A stretch of 64,000 bases of DNA, taken from a virus. Of the stretch, positions 7,402 to 15,420 are shown piece after piece. A program made the position numbers and the translations under genes. Positions within the stretch are counted from its first letter, which is position 1, and each line of letters starts with the position of its first letter. The stretch spans positions 32,001-96,000 of the IMG/VR virus record IMGVR_UViG_3300045988_174371; one strand, 5' to 3'. The notes beneath the pieces were generated by a model. The model did not search any database, was not told where the DNA came from, and saw nothing but the letters and a program-made list of their open reading frames with translations.

Positions 7402-8508
7402 TTAGCCGCCAGAGGTGCCACCGCCGGACTTCGAACCGCCACCAAAGCCGCCCTTTGAACCGCCCGAGGAGGAGCCGCCAGACTTTGAGCCGCCACTTGA
7501 TGGGGAGCCACTGTTAGACGATGAGTTACCGGACTTCTGAGAGCTGTTCGAGCTGTTACTGGATGAGTCGCTGGACTTCGAGCTACTGGAGCCGTTCTGG
7601 GAGCCATTGGAGCCACTGTTGGGCTTCGAGTTAGTGTCTGCCGCCTTGTCGGACTTGGAAGCGCCCTGGGAGCCGCTGGAGCCGTTCGGGGAGGTGTTAT
7701 TGTTCTTGTTGCCAGTATTGCCAGAGTCAGGCTTGTTTCCTGCCTTGTTTGCGGCAACAGCACCTGCCGCCGCTCCAGCCGCCGCGCCTGCACCTGCCGC
7801 CGCCGCTCCATTATTGGAGGAGCTTGAGTTGGATGAGGAGTTGGAAGACGAGGAATTGCCAGCAGGCTTGCCTGCCGCGCTCTTCATGTTGTTGCGCTCA
7901 ATGGTGGCAACCTTGCCGTCCTTCATGCCTGCCTTTGCGCGAGCGGAGCGGTAAGAGTCTGCGAAGGAGCCGCCGGTTGAGGGGAGCCCTTGGTATACGG
8001 TGCCTTTCTGCGGTGCAGTATTGGAGCCGCCATGCAGGGAAGCGCCAACGCTGGGTACGTTGCCGTTGTTGTAGCCGCCCGTGTATGCGTAACTGCCGCC
8101 GCCATTGGAGTTCTGCGACATCATGTAGCCGATGTAGTACCAGATGAAGGGGTTTCCGCCGCCGCCGCCGTTATGCGAGTCACCGCCCGAGCCTGCACTG
8201 CGTGCATGTTCTGCCGCCGCCTCGCCGGTCGGTGAAGCGCCTGCGGTGGTAGGCTCTTCGCAGTTATTGTCTTCCGCGCGGGTATTGTCGGCAGTGTTCT
8301 GGCATACGCGCACATATTCCATCCCCAACGTGCTGAAAGGGGTTTCCGTAGGCTGGGGTGAGGTATTTGAGTTAGGGGCTGAACAGCCGGATAGCGCGAG
8401 TAGGCTTACGCCAGCCGCCGCCGCAAGGCGAATAGCGGTCTTGTCCCCATGCTTAGGGGGCTTGGAAAAAGAATTGCCGTTCTGCGCGGGGTTGAAGTTA
8501 GTGGACAT
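7402..8508 (-). CDS. secreted lipoprotein with extreme Ser/Gly/Asn low-complexity C-terminal half (368 aa)
   Basis: AAAGGAGG SD; signal peptide with lipobox LLALSGC; about 180 aa of SSNSS / GGSKSGG-type repeats. Confidence 0.75.
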   Translation of the reverse strand: MSTNFNPAQNGNSFSKPPKHGDKTAIRLAAAAGVSLLALSGCSAPNSNTSPQPTETPFSTLGMEYVRVCQNTADNTRAEDNNCEEPTTAGASPTGEAAAEHARSAGSGGDSHNGGGGGNPFIWYYIGYMMSQNSNGGGSYAYTGGYNNGNVPSVGASLHGGSNTAPQKGTVYQGLPSTGGSFADSYRSARAKAGMKDGKVATIERNNMKSAAGKPAGNSSSSNSSSNSSSSNNGAAAAGAGAAAGAAAGAVAANKAGNKPDSGNTGNKNNNTSPNGSSGSQGASKSDKAADTNSKPNSGSNGSQNGSSSSKSSDSSSNSSNSSQKSGNSSSNSGSPSSGGSKSGGSSSGGSKGGFGGGSKSGGGTSGG

Positions 8509-8608
8509 GTGCCTCCTTTGGTGGCTACCACCGTATGTTTAGGTGGGGCAGTTGATGTGGGTAACGTATGTGCGGCGTGTAATGATTGATGCCGTATTTA
8601 TTAAAAAT

Positions 8609-8639
8609 AGTTTATCACATATCTCAGGTTAAGGTGCAT
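8609..8639 (-). promoter_or_regulatory. family promoter
   Basis: minus reading ATGCAC-N14-TGTGATAAACT upstream of 7402..8508. Confidence 0.5.
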
Positions 8640-8775
8640 AGATAAAAGTTGGTTCTCTTTCTCGCATATCACTACCACCCATTCTTAAATGTGATACGAA
8701 TAGGTGGGGTGAAGTCACCGCCCAGCTGTCCGCTGAGTGGCAACCTCGCCCCACCTATTATCTCAAGGGCGCTTT

Positions 8776-9846
8776 CTAGCGCTTACGCTTCTTCTTCTTA
8801 GTGAGGAAGGCATTGGAAACTACCTTGAAGTGGGCGCGGTTTCCCAGCTCCCTGCGGGGCTTGCCGTCCTTGAAGTACCAGACGATACCCTCTACGGTTT
8901 CACCCGGCGCAACGGCAGAGGTGATGGTGTCAGGCTGAGCAACGGCATTGCCTGCGTCCCAGGTAACGTTGTCGAGGATGGGAACCCAGAGCCCTGCGTC
9001 CTTGAATCGACGTTCAACATCTGCGTTAGATGCGTGGAAAGCGCGGAAGTCTGCAACGTCGCCGGTGGCGAACTTAAACTTCGAGCTAATCTTGTTGCAG
9101 AAGAGTTCACCCTGTACCCATTCACCAGGCTTGAGGCTGTCGAACAGTTCTGCGTAGCGGGAGTAGCCGTCGCGGTAGTACTTCCAAGCGGAGCTGTTGA
9201 GTGCGTCCTGCTTGATGGCGTAGTTGCGGTTAGCGATGCGGATAGCGCCAGTTTCAACATCTCGCCAGACGGTCATGGAGGTTCCGTCAATCTTCTCGGT
9301 AGCGTACACATCATCAGCAGAGATGTTTTCGAAGAAGGAGGCGGGAATGTTCTGGACGCGCTCAGCATCAGTAGTGCCAATGAACCCTGGGAAGCTTTCC
9401 AGACCCTCTTCGCCAACCGCGAGGATAGCATCTTCAATGTGCTTGGTGACAATGCCGTCAAAGTAAGCATCAACCTCATCCTGGGAAGCCTCCGCAGATA
9501 GACCTTCAAAGCTTTCCAGGGGAAGCAGGAGACCTTGGGAGAGGCTTTCACGGAAGTGCTGGCTACGGAGCACAACACCTGAGATTGCCTTGCCGTTAAT
9601 GATGCGGGTTGCCTTCTTGCCCTTAATGGGGGCAAATGCAGGGAAGTCGCTACTCAGCAGGGAGTCAATCTCAAAGTAGACCGCCTTGTCGCCTTCCTGC
9701 ATGGTCTTGGGTGCTACCACCCACCATAGGGTGTTCTTAGGGTTTGCCATGTGGATGAAGTTTGCGGGGTCGTTGCATTCCTTGGTCTTGTCGATGGTGA
9801 CAATGCGGGCGAGGTGGCGGATGCCGTCTACAGCAGTCGATGCCAT
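8776..9846 (-). CDS. ATP-dependent RNA ligase, DRB0094/Rnl5-like (356 aa)
   Basis: nucleotidyltransferase motif I EKIDGTS (KxDG), motif III-like GELFC, motif IV EGIVW, motif V FKVVS; N-terminal OB-like region with AVYFEIDSLL, typical of the DRB0094 family; GAAAGGA SD. Confidence 0.8.
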   Translation of the reverse strand: MASTAVDGIRHLARIVTIDKTKECNDPANFIHMANPKNTLWWVVAPKTMQEGDKAVYFEIDSLLSSDFPAFAPIKGKKATRIINGKAISGVVLRSQHFRESLSQGLLLPLESFEGLSAEASQDEVDAYFDGIVTKHIEDAILAVGEEGLESFPGFIGTTDAERVQNIPASFFENISADDVYATEKIDGTSMTVWRDVETGAIRIANRNYAIKQDALNSSAWKYYRDGYSRYAELFDSLKPGEWVQGELFCNKISSKFKFATGDVADFRAFHASNADVERRFKDAGLWVPILDNVTWDAGNAVAQPDTITSAVAPGETVEGIVWYFKDGKPRRELGNRAHFKVVSNAFLTKKKKRKR

Positions 9847-9933
9847 AAGAGTATTTTCCTTTCAGGAAGTGATGTGTAAGCAATGGTTTTGTTGAGTATG
9901 TATAAGGTTCTCACTCAATCACCATATACATAA

Positions 9934-9962
9934 AGTCTACCACAGATTTGGGACTATGGCAA
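9934..9962 (-). promoter_or_regulatory. family promoter
   Basis: minus reading TTGCCA-N12-TGTGGTAGACT upstream of the RNA ligase gene. Confidence 0.55.
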
Positions 9963-10098
9963 AGTGTCTGGCGTATGGGTGTGGTGTATACTGGTTACAT
10001 GATTACCCACCTATTGAAAGGATAACGCCTACTGTGAATAACAGTGTGATGCGAGTTTTGAAGATGCACGCCAAGAAGTATGGCGGGGAGGTTTCTTA

Positions 10099-10515
10099 AT
10101 GAGTGAGTTCGTCCGGGCGTTTGAGACATTGCTACTGTCGCAGTTCTGGTTGTTCGGCATGTATACCTTGTATCTGCTAGTAACTGGCTCCAGACTATAC
10201 AGAGCGGTCTTCATGCAACGCGAGCTACCCGAACGTATTGCGTTGCCTGCGCTACTGCTCTTCACGGGGGTGTTTCGCCTAAGTATGGATAGGCAGGTTC
10301 CTGGTTATGCTGTGATTGCTGTTCCTGTGGTGTTGCTTGTTGCTGTCGTGGTTGCGGTGAAGCTTGTTCAGCTTATTGTGCCGCCGACGTTGTTCTTTTT
10401 CTTCGGCTGGGTTTTTCTGCTTATGGTCTCTATTCTGAAGGTTGCCCCGGAGGAGGTTCGCGATAAGGTGTTTAGCATACTGAGGGGGCTTCTAGAGCGC
10501 GGTGAGGCAAGCTAA
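10099..10515 (+). CDS. membrane protein, about 4 TM (138 aa)
   Basis: GGGGAGG SD 8 nt before ATG; hydrophobic throughout; terminator 10557..10613. Confidence 0.75.
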   Translation: MSEFVRAFETLLLSQFWLFGMYTLYLLVTGSRLYRAVFMQRELPERIALPALLLFTGVFRLSMDRQVPGYAVIAVPVVLLVAVVVAVKLVQLIVPPTLFFFFGWVFLLMVSILKVAPEEVRDKVFSILRGLLERGEAS

Positions 10516-10556
10516 TCATTCGCATAAGCTTAGCGCCTGTTGAGGGAAGTAGAAGC

Positions 10557-10613
10557 GCCCGACCACTCTGCATCCGTTTAGTACGGAGTATTGCAGAGGG
10601 TCGGGCACTTTTA
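10557..10613. terminator. bidirectional terminator
   Basis: GCCCGACCACTCTGCA ... TGCAGAGGGTCGGGC followed by ACTTTTATT. Confidence 0.75.
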
Positions 10614-10628
10614 TTGTGCTAGATACTG

Positions 10629-11051
10629 TTAGAAGTTGTCCATCTTGAGAGTGATGTCTTCGCGCGTGATGTTCAGCTGTTCGAGCAGTGCGTCTTCAGT
10701 GGCTACATAGGACCCAGGTGCTTCACCATCAACGGTGCTGTCGAGAATTAGGAGTTCAGAGGTTGCCTCCAGTACGGAGTCTTCATCCTTGAAGTCGTAT
10801 TTATTCTTACCAGGCTGTACATCGAACGCAAGGAGCTTCAGATGGCAACAGGGGGCATAGGTGTCGTCTTCGTAAGACCACATGTGCGTGTCGGTGGCAC
10901 GCCATTCTAGCGCAAGCTTACCGCCTCGCTTGAGGTATTCGTGAACGTCTTCAGCGGTGGACAGGTAAGAGCGTTCGATTACTTCGTGGAGCTGTTCTTC
11001 TTCCTTGCGGGCAAGGTGGAAGATGTGGGTTGATTCGAGCTGGTTAGTCAT
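10629..11051 (-). CDS. hypothetical protein, GGKL-family paralog of 29445..29867 (140 aa; track ORF trimmed)
   Basis: start MTNQ.. aligns with the paralog start MTTN..; shared motifs EYxxxGGKLxLxWR and C-terminal ..REDITL/KEDITF. Confidence 0.7.
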   Translation of the reverse strand: MTNQLESTHIFHLARKEEEQLHEVIERSYLSTAEDVHEYLKRGGKLALEWRATDTHMWSYEDDTYAPCCHLKLLAFDVQPGKNKYDFKDEDSVLEATSELLILDSTVDGEAPGSYVATEDALLEQLNITREDITLKMDNF

Positions 11052-11132
11052 GGGGCAGAGAGCCTTTCTGTAAGGTTTCGATTTGGTGTCTTTCAAGGGG
11101 GCGGATTATGCCTACCCCAACCATATGCGGGT

Positions 11133-11162
11133 AGTCTACCACATATTCTGTGTATCGAGCAA
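11133..11162 (-). promoter_or_regulatory. family promoter
   Basis: minus reading TTGCTC-N13-TGTGGTAGACT. Confidence 0.55.
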
Positions 11163-11217
11163 GAAGTGGGTGTACACCACGGGGATATGCCTGTGGAAAA
11201 ATATTTGACACTACATA

Positions 11218-11247
11218 TTGCATACCGAGGATTTTATGTGGTACAGT
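11218..11247 (+). promoter_or_regulatory. family promoter
   Basis: TTGCAT-N13-TGTGGTACAGT. Confidence 0.65.
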
Positions 11248-11309
11248 ATTCATGTCGGCAGGAATTGCAGACATCAACAACTTTACCCAATCAATCTAAG
11301 GAGAGCATT

Positions 11310-11750
11310 ATGGCTCAGGCAACCCAGGCACTCACTATCGAAGGTCAGCTCCACATGGACGAAGCTCAGAAGAAGATTGTGAAGCTTCCCAAGTATGGCG
11401 AACCAACCGGCAATCACTACCAGCACCTCATCAACTTCCTGCAAGGTGAACACACCAAGAAGACCAACACCCCCTACCAGATGTACGGAAAGTTCAACAT
11501 CTGGAGCAACAGTGAAGAAGGCGAAGAACCCTACGAGATTGGCTACGAAGTAGAGTTCACCTCTGACGCAGAATGCGAGAAGCCGACCGGCATCCGAATC
11601 TTCGAATACCGCGAAGACGACGAAGAAGGTTGCGAGAGCAACAAGGAACTTCTCGCCCTGAATGGTCGAAAGTTCAAGGTTACCAGTGCAATGCCCTTCA
11701 GCTCCGCAGGTGACTACCTGGCAGAAACGACTATCGCCCTCATCGACTAA
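11310..11750 (+). CDS. hypothetical acidic protein (146 aa; track ORF 11166.. trimmed)
   Basis: TAAGGAG SD 6 nt before the ATG at 11310; the promoter lies inside the longer track ORF. Confidence 0.75.
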   Translation: MAQATQALTIEGQLHMDEAQKKIVKLPKYGEPTGNHYQHLINFLQGEHTKKTNTPYQMYGKFNIWSNSEEGEEPYEIGYEVEFTSDAECEKPTGIRIFEYREDDEEGCESNKELLALNGRKFKVTSAMPFSSAGDYLAETTIALID

Positions 11751-12055
11751 GCACAGTAAGGTAAGGCGGGGCATCTCCAACTAAGGAGGTGTCCCGCCTT
11801 ACCATGCCCTGCAACCCCTGAGCCTGCCATGAGCGCCACTTTTGGCGGATGTGAGGTAAATATTCCACCGTCTCGCTTACCGTTATGGTAGGGGCGTTCC
11901 GCTTCTCGCGCAGTATTCTTCGCGGTGTTAAGGTCATGGTCAAGCTTGTACCCACAATGCCCGCAGTGGAACATGCGGTCACTCAACCCCTGCTTCTCAG
12001 TTGCGCGCTCCTCACAGTTACTACAGGTCTGAGATGACGAATTGAAATGCGTCAA
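11747..12055 (-). pseudogene. tnpB: truncated TnpB (IS200/IS605-family OrfB) C-terminal remnant
   Basis: SSQTCSNCEE..GLSDRMFHCGHCGYKLDHDLNTAKN matches the TnpB zinc-ribbon/RuvC-III C-terminus (TSQxCSxCG...LSxRxxxCxxCG...DRDxNAAxN); the ~350 aa N-terminal part is absent and the region upstream is the promoter/RBS of 12140..12574. Confidence 0.65.
11760..11803 (+). terminator. hairpin terminator
   Basis: GGTAAGGCGGGG ... CCCGCCTTACC immediately after the 11750 stop. Confidence 0.65.
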
Positions 12056-12139
12056 TACTAAATAGGTGGGAAGATAGTTCTGTCAAGCCGCTACAAACTG
12101 GCGGCACACATTCATGCTATCAACATCAAGGAGACCCCT

Positions 12140-12574
12140 ATGCAGAACGACTACCAGCCGGGCGAAGACCTCACCATCACCATTGCGCACATCGAGCACA
12201 ACATCAAGGTTCTTACCGTCATTCATAAGAAGGCGCAGGCATTGCTCGACAAGCCCATTGAGGCGCTATATGCCATGACCGATGCCTTTGAGGAAGGGGA
12301 GCCGGTAAACATGCCGATGAACCTCAAGGCTGTTACCCGCATTCAGAAAGTAGATGCTATCTTGAGGGATGCGCGGGCGGTTATTGAGGATGCGCGGCTA
12401 TCCCTTGCTATTATGGCGTGCGGCGGCATTAACCTAGAGTCTTTCAACTCTGACAGTATGGTGATGCGAGATGCTGTGGCGCTTGAGGTTACTACAGGGA
12501 AGGCAGTGGAGGAGCTTTCTGTTCGCTGGTTGGAGCACTCCACTCACCTAGATACCGTAGGTGAGGAGTTCTAA
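12140..12574 (+). CDS. hypothetical protein (144 aa)
   Basis: AAGGAG SD; terminator 12587..12624. Confidence 0.75.
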   Translation: MQNDYQPGEDLTITIAHIEHNIKVLTVIHKKAQALLDKPIEALYAMTDAFEEGEPVNMPMNLKAVTRIQKVDAILRDARAVIEDARLSLAIMACGGINLESFNSDSMVMRDAVALEVTTGKAVEELSVRWLEHSTHLDTVGEEF

Positions 12575-12586
12575 GGCGTAGCACTA

Positions 12587-12624
12587 GGCAGAAGGGGTAA
12601 GCATAGTTGCCGCCCCCTTCTGCC
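12587..12624 (+). terminator. hairpin terminator
   Basis: GGCAGAAGGGG ... CCCCTTCTGCC. Confidence 0.7.
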
Positions 12625-12656
12625 TAATATTATTTCTGGAGCTACATCTAATCGGC

Positions 12657-12686
12657 TTGCAAAAATAGTTCCTAGTGTGGTACTAT
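12657..12686 (+). promoter_or_regulatory. family promoter
   Basis: TTGCAA-N13-TGTGGTACTAT. Confidence 0.65.
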
Positions 12687-12737
12687 TTAAGTGTAGTAAG
12701 GAGCTACAGTAAAGCAACTACCGAAAGGTTCTCAATC

Positions 12738-13046
12738 ATGTACAAGTTCAACTTCTCCATCCCCGAAGCCATGTACGAAAAGTACGGCTGGGATTTTGAC
12801 ACTGAATGGGACCTCAACATCACCGGCTTCCGCGTCTACAATAAGACCCAGCGCATTACCATGCAGGTTATCGTTGAAGCAACTGATGAGGTTTTCAATG
12901 TTGAACTGGAAGGTATGGATTACGTAAAGTTCCCTCTGACTAAGGAGCTTATCGAACACGCACGCAAGAGCAAGAAGCCTCTGTCTTGTGTGGAGGTCGT
13001 ATGCTTCAATAAGCACTACGTCAAGTTCACTGCAAAGAACCTTTAA
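12738..13046 (+). CDS. hypothetical protein (102 aa; track ORF trimmed)
   Basis: CCGAAAGGTT SD 7 nt before the ATG at 12738; the promoter lies inside the longer track ORF. Confidence 0.75.
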   Translation: MYKFNFSIPEAMYEKYGWDFDTEWDLNITGFRVYNKTQRITMQVIVEATDEVFNVELEGMDYVKFPLTKELIEHARKSKKPLSCVEVVCFNKHYVKFTAKNL

Positions 13047-13047
13047 T

Positions 13048-13099
13048 ATACGCATAGTTAGCCCCTAGCATAGCCACCCTAGGGGCTAACTATGCGTAT
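13048..13099 (+). terminator. long palindromic terminator
   Basis: 21-bp perfect arms ATACGCATAGTTAGCCCCTAG/CTAGGGGCTAACTATGCGTAT. Confidence 0.75.
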
Positions 13100-13159
13100 G
13101 GGCAGACATGCTCATCCTTCTCAGAGATGGCGTGGGTAGCCACTTACATAGTCCACCAC

Positions 13160-13189
13160 TTGCACACCGCAATAAATATGTGCTATACT
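13160..13189 (+). promoter_or_regulatory. family promoter
   Basis: TTGCAC-N13-TGTGCTATACT. Confidence 0.65.
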
Positions 13190-13227
13190 TGAATCATCAA
13201 GTCAAAATCTACCGAAAGGTTCCTAAA

Positions 13228-13488
13228 ATGCCTCTCTACATCCCCCTCATGCTGGCGGGCGGCTTCACCGCATACGTCGCGCTCATGAACGAACCCAAGT
13301 TCCGTAGCCTCCTGCGCATCTGGCACACCGCTGAAAAGTTTAAGCCGCTCGCCGCAAACGCTAAGCCCAGCGAGGAAAGCGCTAAGTCCGACAATGAGGA
13401 CGTAAAGCCCAAGGTTCCCGAACACCACATGTGCGTTGCAGACGACAAGTGTATCTATAAGCATATAGACCACGCCAAGAGTAAGTAG
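13228..13488 (+). CDS. small single-TM protein (86 aa; track ORF trimmed)
   Basis: CCGAAAGGTT SD; N-terminal TM PLYIPLMLAGGFTAYVALM then a charged tail. Confidence 0.7.
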   Translation: MPLYIPLMLAGGFTAYVALMNEPKFRSLLRIWHTAEKFKPLAANAKPSEESAKSDNEDVKPKVPEHHMCVADDKCIYKHIDHAKSK

Positions 13489-13490
13489 TG

Positions 13491-13547
13491 ACATACACAT
13501 AAAAAGACCTCAGAGGGCGTACCTCTGAGGTCTTTTTATGTGTATGT
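13491..13547. terminator. 26-bp perfect palindrome, bidirectional terminator
   Basis: ACATACACATAAAAAGACCTCAGAGG-gcgta-CCTCTGAGGTCTTTTTATGTGTATGT. Confidence 0.75.
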
Positions 13548-13686
13548 GAGCAAGTGTACCCAGTGAGCCTTTAAATGTCTCAGGCAGGCGCACGGAAGCT
13601 CCTAAAGGCACCTGTGTGGCACTTAGTCCATCCGCCCTACCCGCACATTCCAGTCAGCGTTTCCGTAAAGGCGGGCGTTCGAAGTG

Positions 13687-14514
13687 CTACGTAACCGGCG
13701 GAAACTCCTGCTCCCATGAGTCACCATAAGTACTCATGGTGTTACCCCACGGGTCGTAGCGCACCTGCGCCTGTGCCTTCATTTCAGAAACCTCACGGCT
13801 ATGCGCCTGGAAGATTTCCAGCAGGTATGCAATGTGCGCGTATCGTGCGGGGGGAAGGGTACTGGTTCCTGTGAAGCCCTCGGTGGTCGGATAGAGACCG
13901 TTTGTGTCACGCTCATCCTGCATAATGTCGCCTGACTCAGCTTCTACGCAGGTAATCCAGTCGGTATCAGAGGTGTCCACCATGATACCGCTATAGTAAG
14001 CACATTCTTCATAGGTGAGGTCGCTTTCTGCGGGGACGATACGCATCTGGTAGCGGAGCGTATTCTGCTGGTCACGCTTCTTCTCGCTATCGTATGCAAG
14101 CTCCATGCCTGCCGCAGAGATAACTTCCGTAGCAGTGCTTGGCGGGACTATAACCTCACCATCAGGGAGGGAGATGTAGAAGTAGCTACTTTCCTCCTCT
14201 ATGATGTCAATTGCCGGGTCAGCGGGGCGGGTAGCAATGTCTTCTGGGGTGCTCAGCTGGCGGTCGATAACCATCCGCTGTAGAGCATGGTCGTTCCAGT
14301 ATGCAAGAAGTTCTAGGGCGTTATATGTTTCGCCGGTGGTGGTGGTCACTTCCGGGTACTTGCGGTAGCGGTTTTTGCTGTAGGTTCCGTGGATTGCGCC
14401 GCCACCAAACTCGGCGGGGATGAGTAGCTTCACAGCATCATGACGCTTAATATGCCACTTTTTACGAGGGGTGGGCGTATCCCCCTGCGCATAGGTTACC
14501 ATGATGCGGCTCAT
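13687..14514 (-). CDS. hypothetical protein (275 aa)
   Basis: GAGGGAG SD; promoter 14582..14611. Confidence 0.75.
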   Translation of the reverse strand: MSRIMVTYAQGDTPTPRKKWHIKRHDAVKLLIPAEFGGGAIHGTYSKNRYRKYPEVTTTTGETYNALELLAYWNDHALQRMVIDRQLSTPEDIATRPADPAIDIIEEESSYFYISLPDGEVIVPPSTATEVISAAGMELAYDSEKKRDQQNTLRYQMRIVPAESDLTYEECAYYSGIMVDTSDTDWITCVEAESGDIMQDERDTNGLYPTTEGFTGTSTLPPARYAHIAYLLEIFQAHSREVSEMKAQAQVRYDPWGNTMSTYGDSWEQEFPPVT

Positions 14515-14581
14515 TGCCTTCTTACTCCCTCAGATTGATTACTGGAATGTCTGAGCTATACGCCCAGCAACTATGCAACCA

Positions 14582-14611
14582 ATTATACCACATATTTAAA
14601 CGCTGGAAAGA
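14582..14611 (-). promoter_or_regulatory. family promoter
   Basis: minus reading TGTGGTATAAT core. Confidence 0.6.
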
Positions 14612-14613
14612 AA

Positions 14614-14663
14614 GGGCTTGAGGTATGGCGCGGGAAATGAAACCCGCGCCGCACCTCAAGCCC
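14614..14663 (-). terminator. hairpin terminator
   Basis: GGGCTTGAGGT ... ACCTCAAGCCC with an inner GGCGCGGG/CCCGCGCC stem. Confidence 0.7.
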
Positions 14664-14684
14664 TGAGTGACCTACAAGTCCCTA

Positions 14685-15290
14685 CTATTCGTTATGCAAC
14701 ACGCGGCGCAAAGAACCCGTATCCACAGGCACAGTAAGACCAGATGCCGTAATAGTAGGCGGCTCAGCAGTACGTCGAGCCCTCTGCCAAATACTCACAA
14801 TAACACCAACAAGCACAAAAGCATTACCAATGAGATTCGTGTAACTGCCCACCGCAATGTAGTAGCTAACCCACGCGGCAACATTCAGCAATGTAACAGT
14901 TTTAAGCAACGCGAAACTCTCCATGAGCGCCATAGCAAGCCCAGTAGCACCACCCAAAAGAGCAAGAGTGCCCGGAGACCAAACCCCACGCCCAAGAACC
15001 GCATACTGAGTAACCGCCGCCGCCACAACCGCAACACCCATAGACGTTACCCTATAGACGGTCGTCTGCACGAACTTCAGCCTATCCTCCAGCATGAGCA
15101 TACTGTAATAAGTGAGGTTCACCAGGTTCATCACCAGCACACTCGACTGCCCAAGCAGAAACGACTGTATGCCTGTCATGAGGCACATGCCAAAGCTTAG
15201 GTTCCTCACCCATCGCCGGTCAGCATAGCCAATAAAGAATAGCGAAGCGCTAATACACAGCCCCAATACCTGAACGATAATCATAGACAT
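14685..15290 (-). CDS. YgjV-like inner membrane protein (201 aa)
   Basis: multi-TM; the N-terminal FFIGYADRRWVRNLSFGMCLMTGIQSFLLG and C-terminal NVAAWVSYYIAVGSYTNLIGN blocks resemble my recollection of E. coli YgjV; SD spacing is long. Confidence 0.5.
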   Translation of the reverse strand: MSMIIVQVLGLCISASLFFIGYADRRWVRNLSFGMCLMTGIQSFLLGQSSVLVMNLVNLTYYSMLMLEDRLKFVQTTVYRVTSMGVAVVAAAVTQYAVLGRGVWSPGTLALLGGATGLAMALMESFALLKTVTLLNVAAWVSYYIAVGSYTNLIGNAFVLVGVIVSIWQRARRTAEPPTITASGLTVPVDTGSLRRVLHNE

Positions 15291-15420
15291 AGGTTACAAT
15301 ACTGCCTTTCTGAGTGACCCAGCACCTCGCGCCCAGCGAAGCACCCCCCCCCACGCATAACCTGCATGAGAGGGGGTGCTTTAATTCCGCACTACTTCCA
15401 GCAATGCGCTTACATCACTT

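Noticed and set aside
7383-8542. Several 60-140-aa ORFs in other frames and strands (7383..7811, 7607..7954, 7749..8147, 7923..8105, 7990..8235, 8121..8315, 8144..8542)
   Set aside because: All lie inside the low-complexity lipoprotein gene 7402..8508, where repetitive GC-rich sequence keeps alternative frames open. None has a start-site context.
8688-8765. Possible plus-strand promoter (TGTGATACGAAT) driving a ~60-nt hairpin RNA
   Set aside because: The hairpin (AATAGGTGGGG..CCCCACCTATT) is better explained as the terminator of the convergent RNA ligase gene. There is no U-run on the plus strand and no -35 element.
8737-9501. 254-aa plus-strand ORF
   Set aside because: It is antisense to the RNA ligase gene, which has clear catalytic motifs and an SD. 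The plus ORF has neither an SD nor a promoter, and its composition is that of a GC-rich shadow frame.
14667-15200. 177-aa plus-strand ORF rich in R/H/T/N
   Set aside because: It is a shadow frame of the YgjV-like membrane gene on the minus strand.
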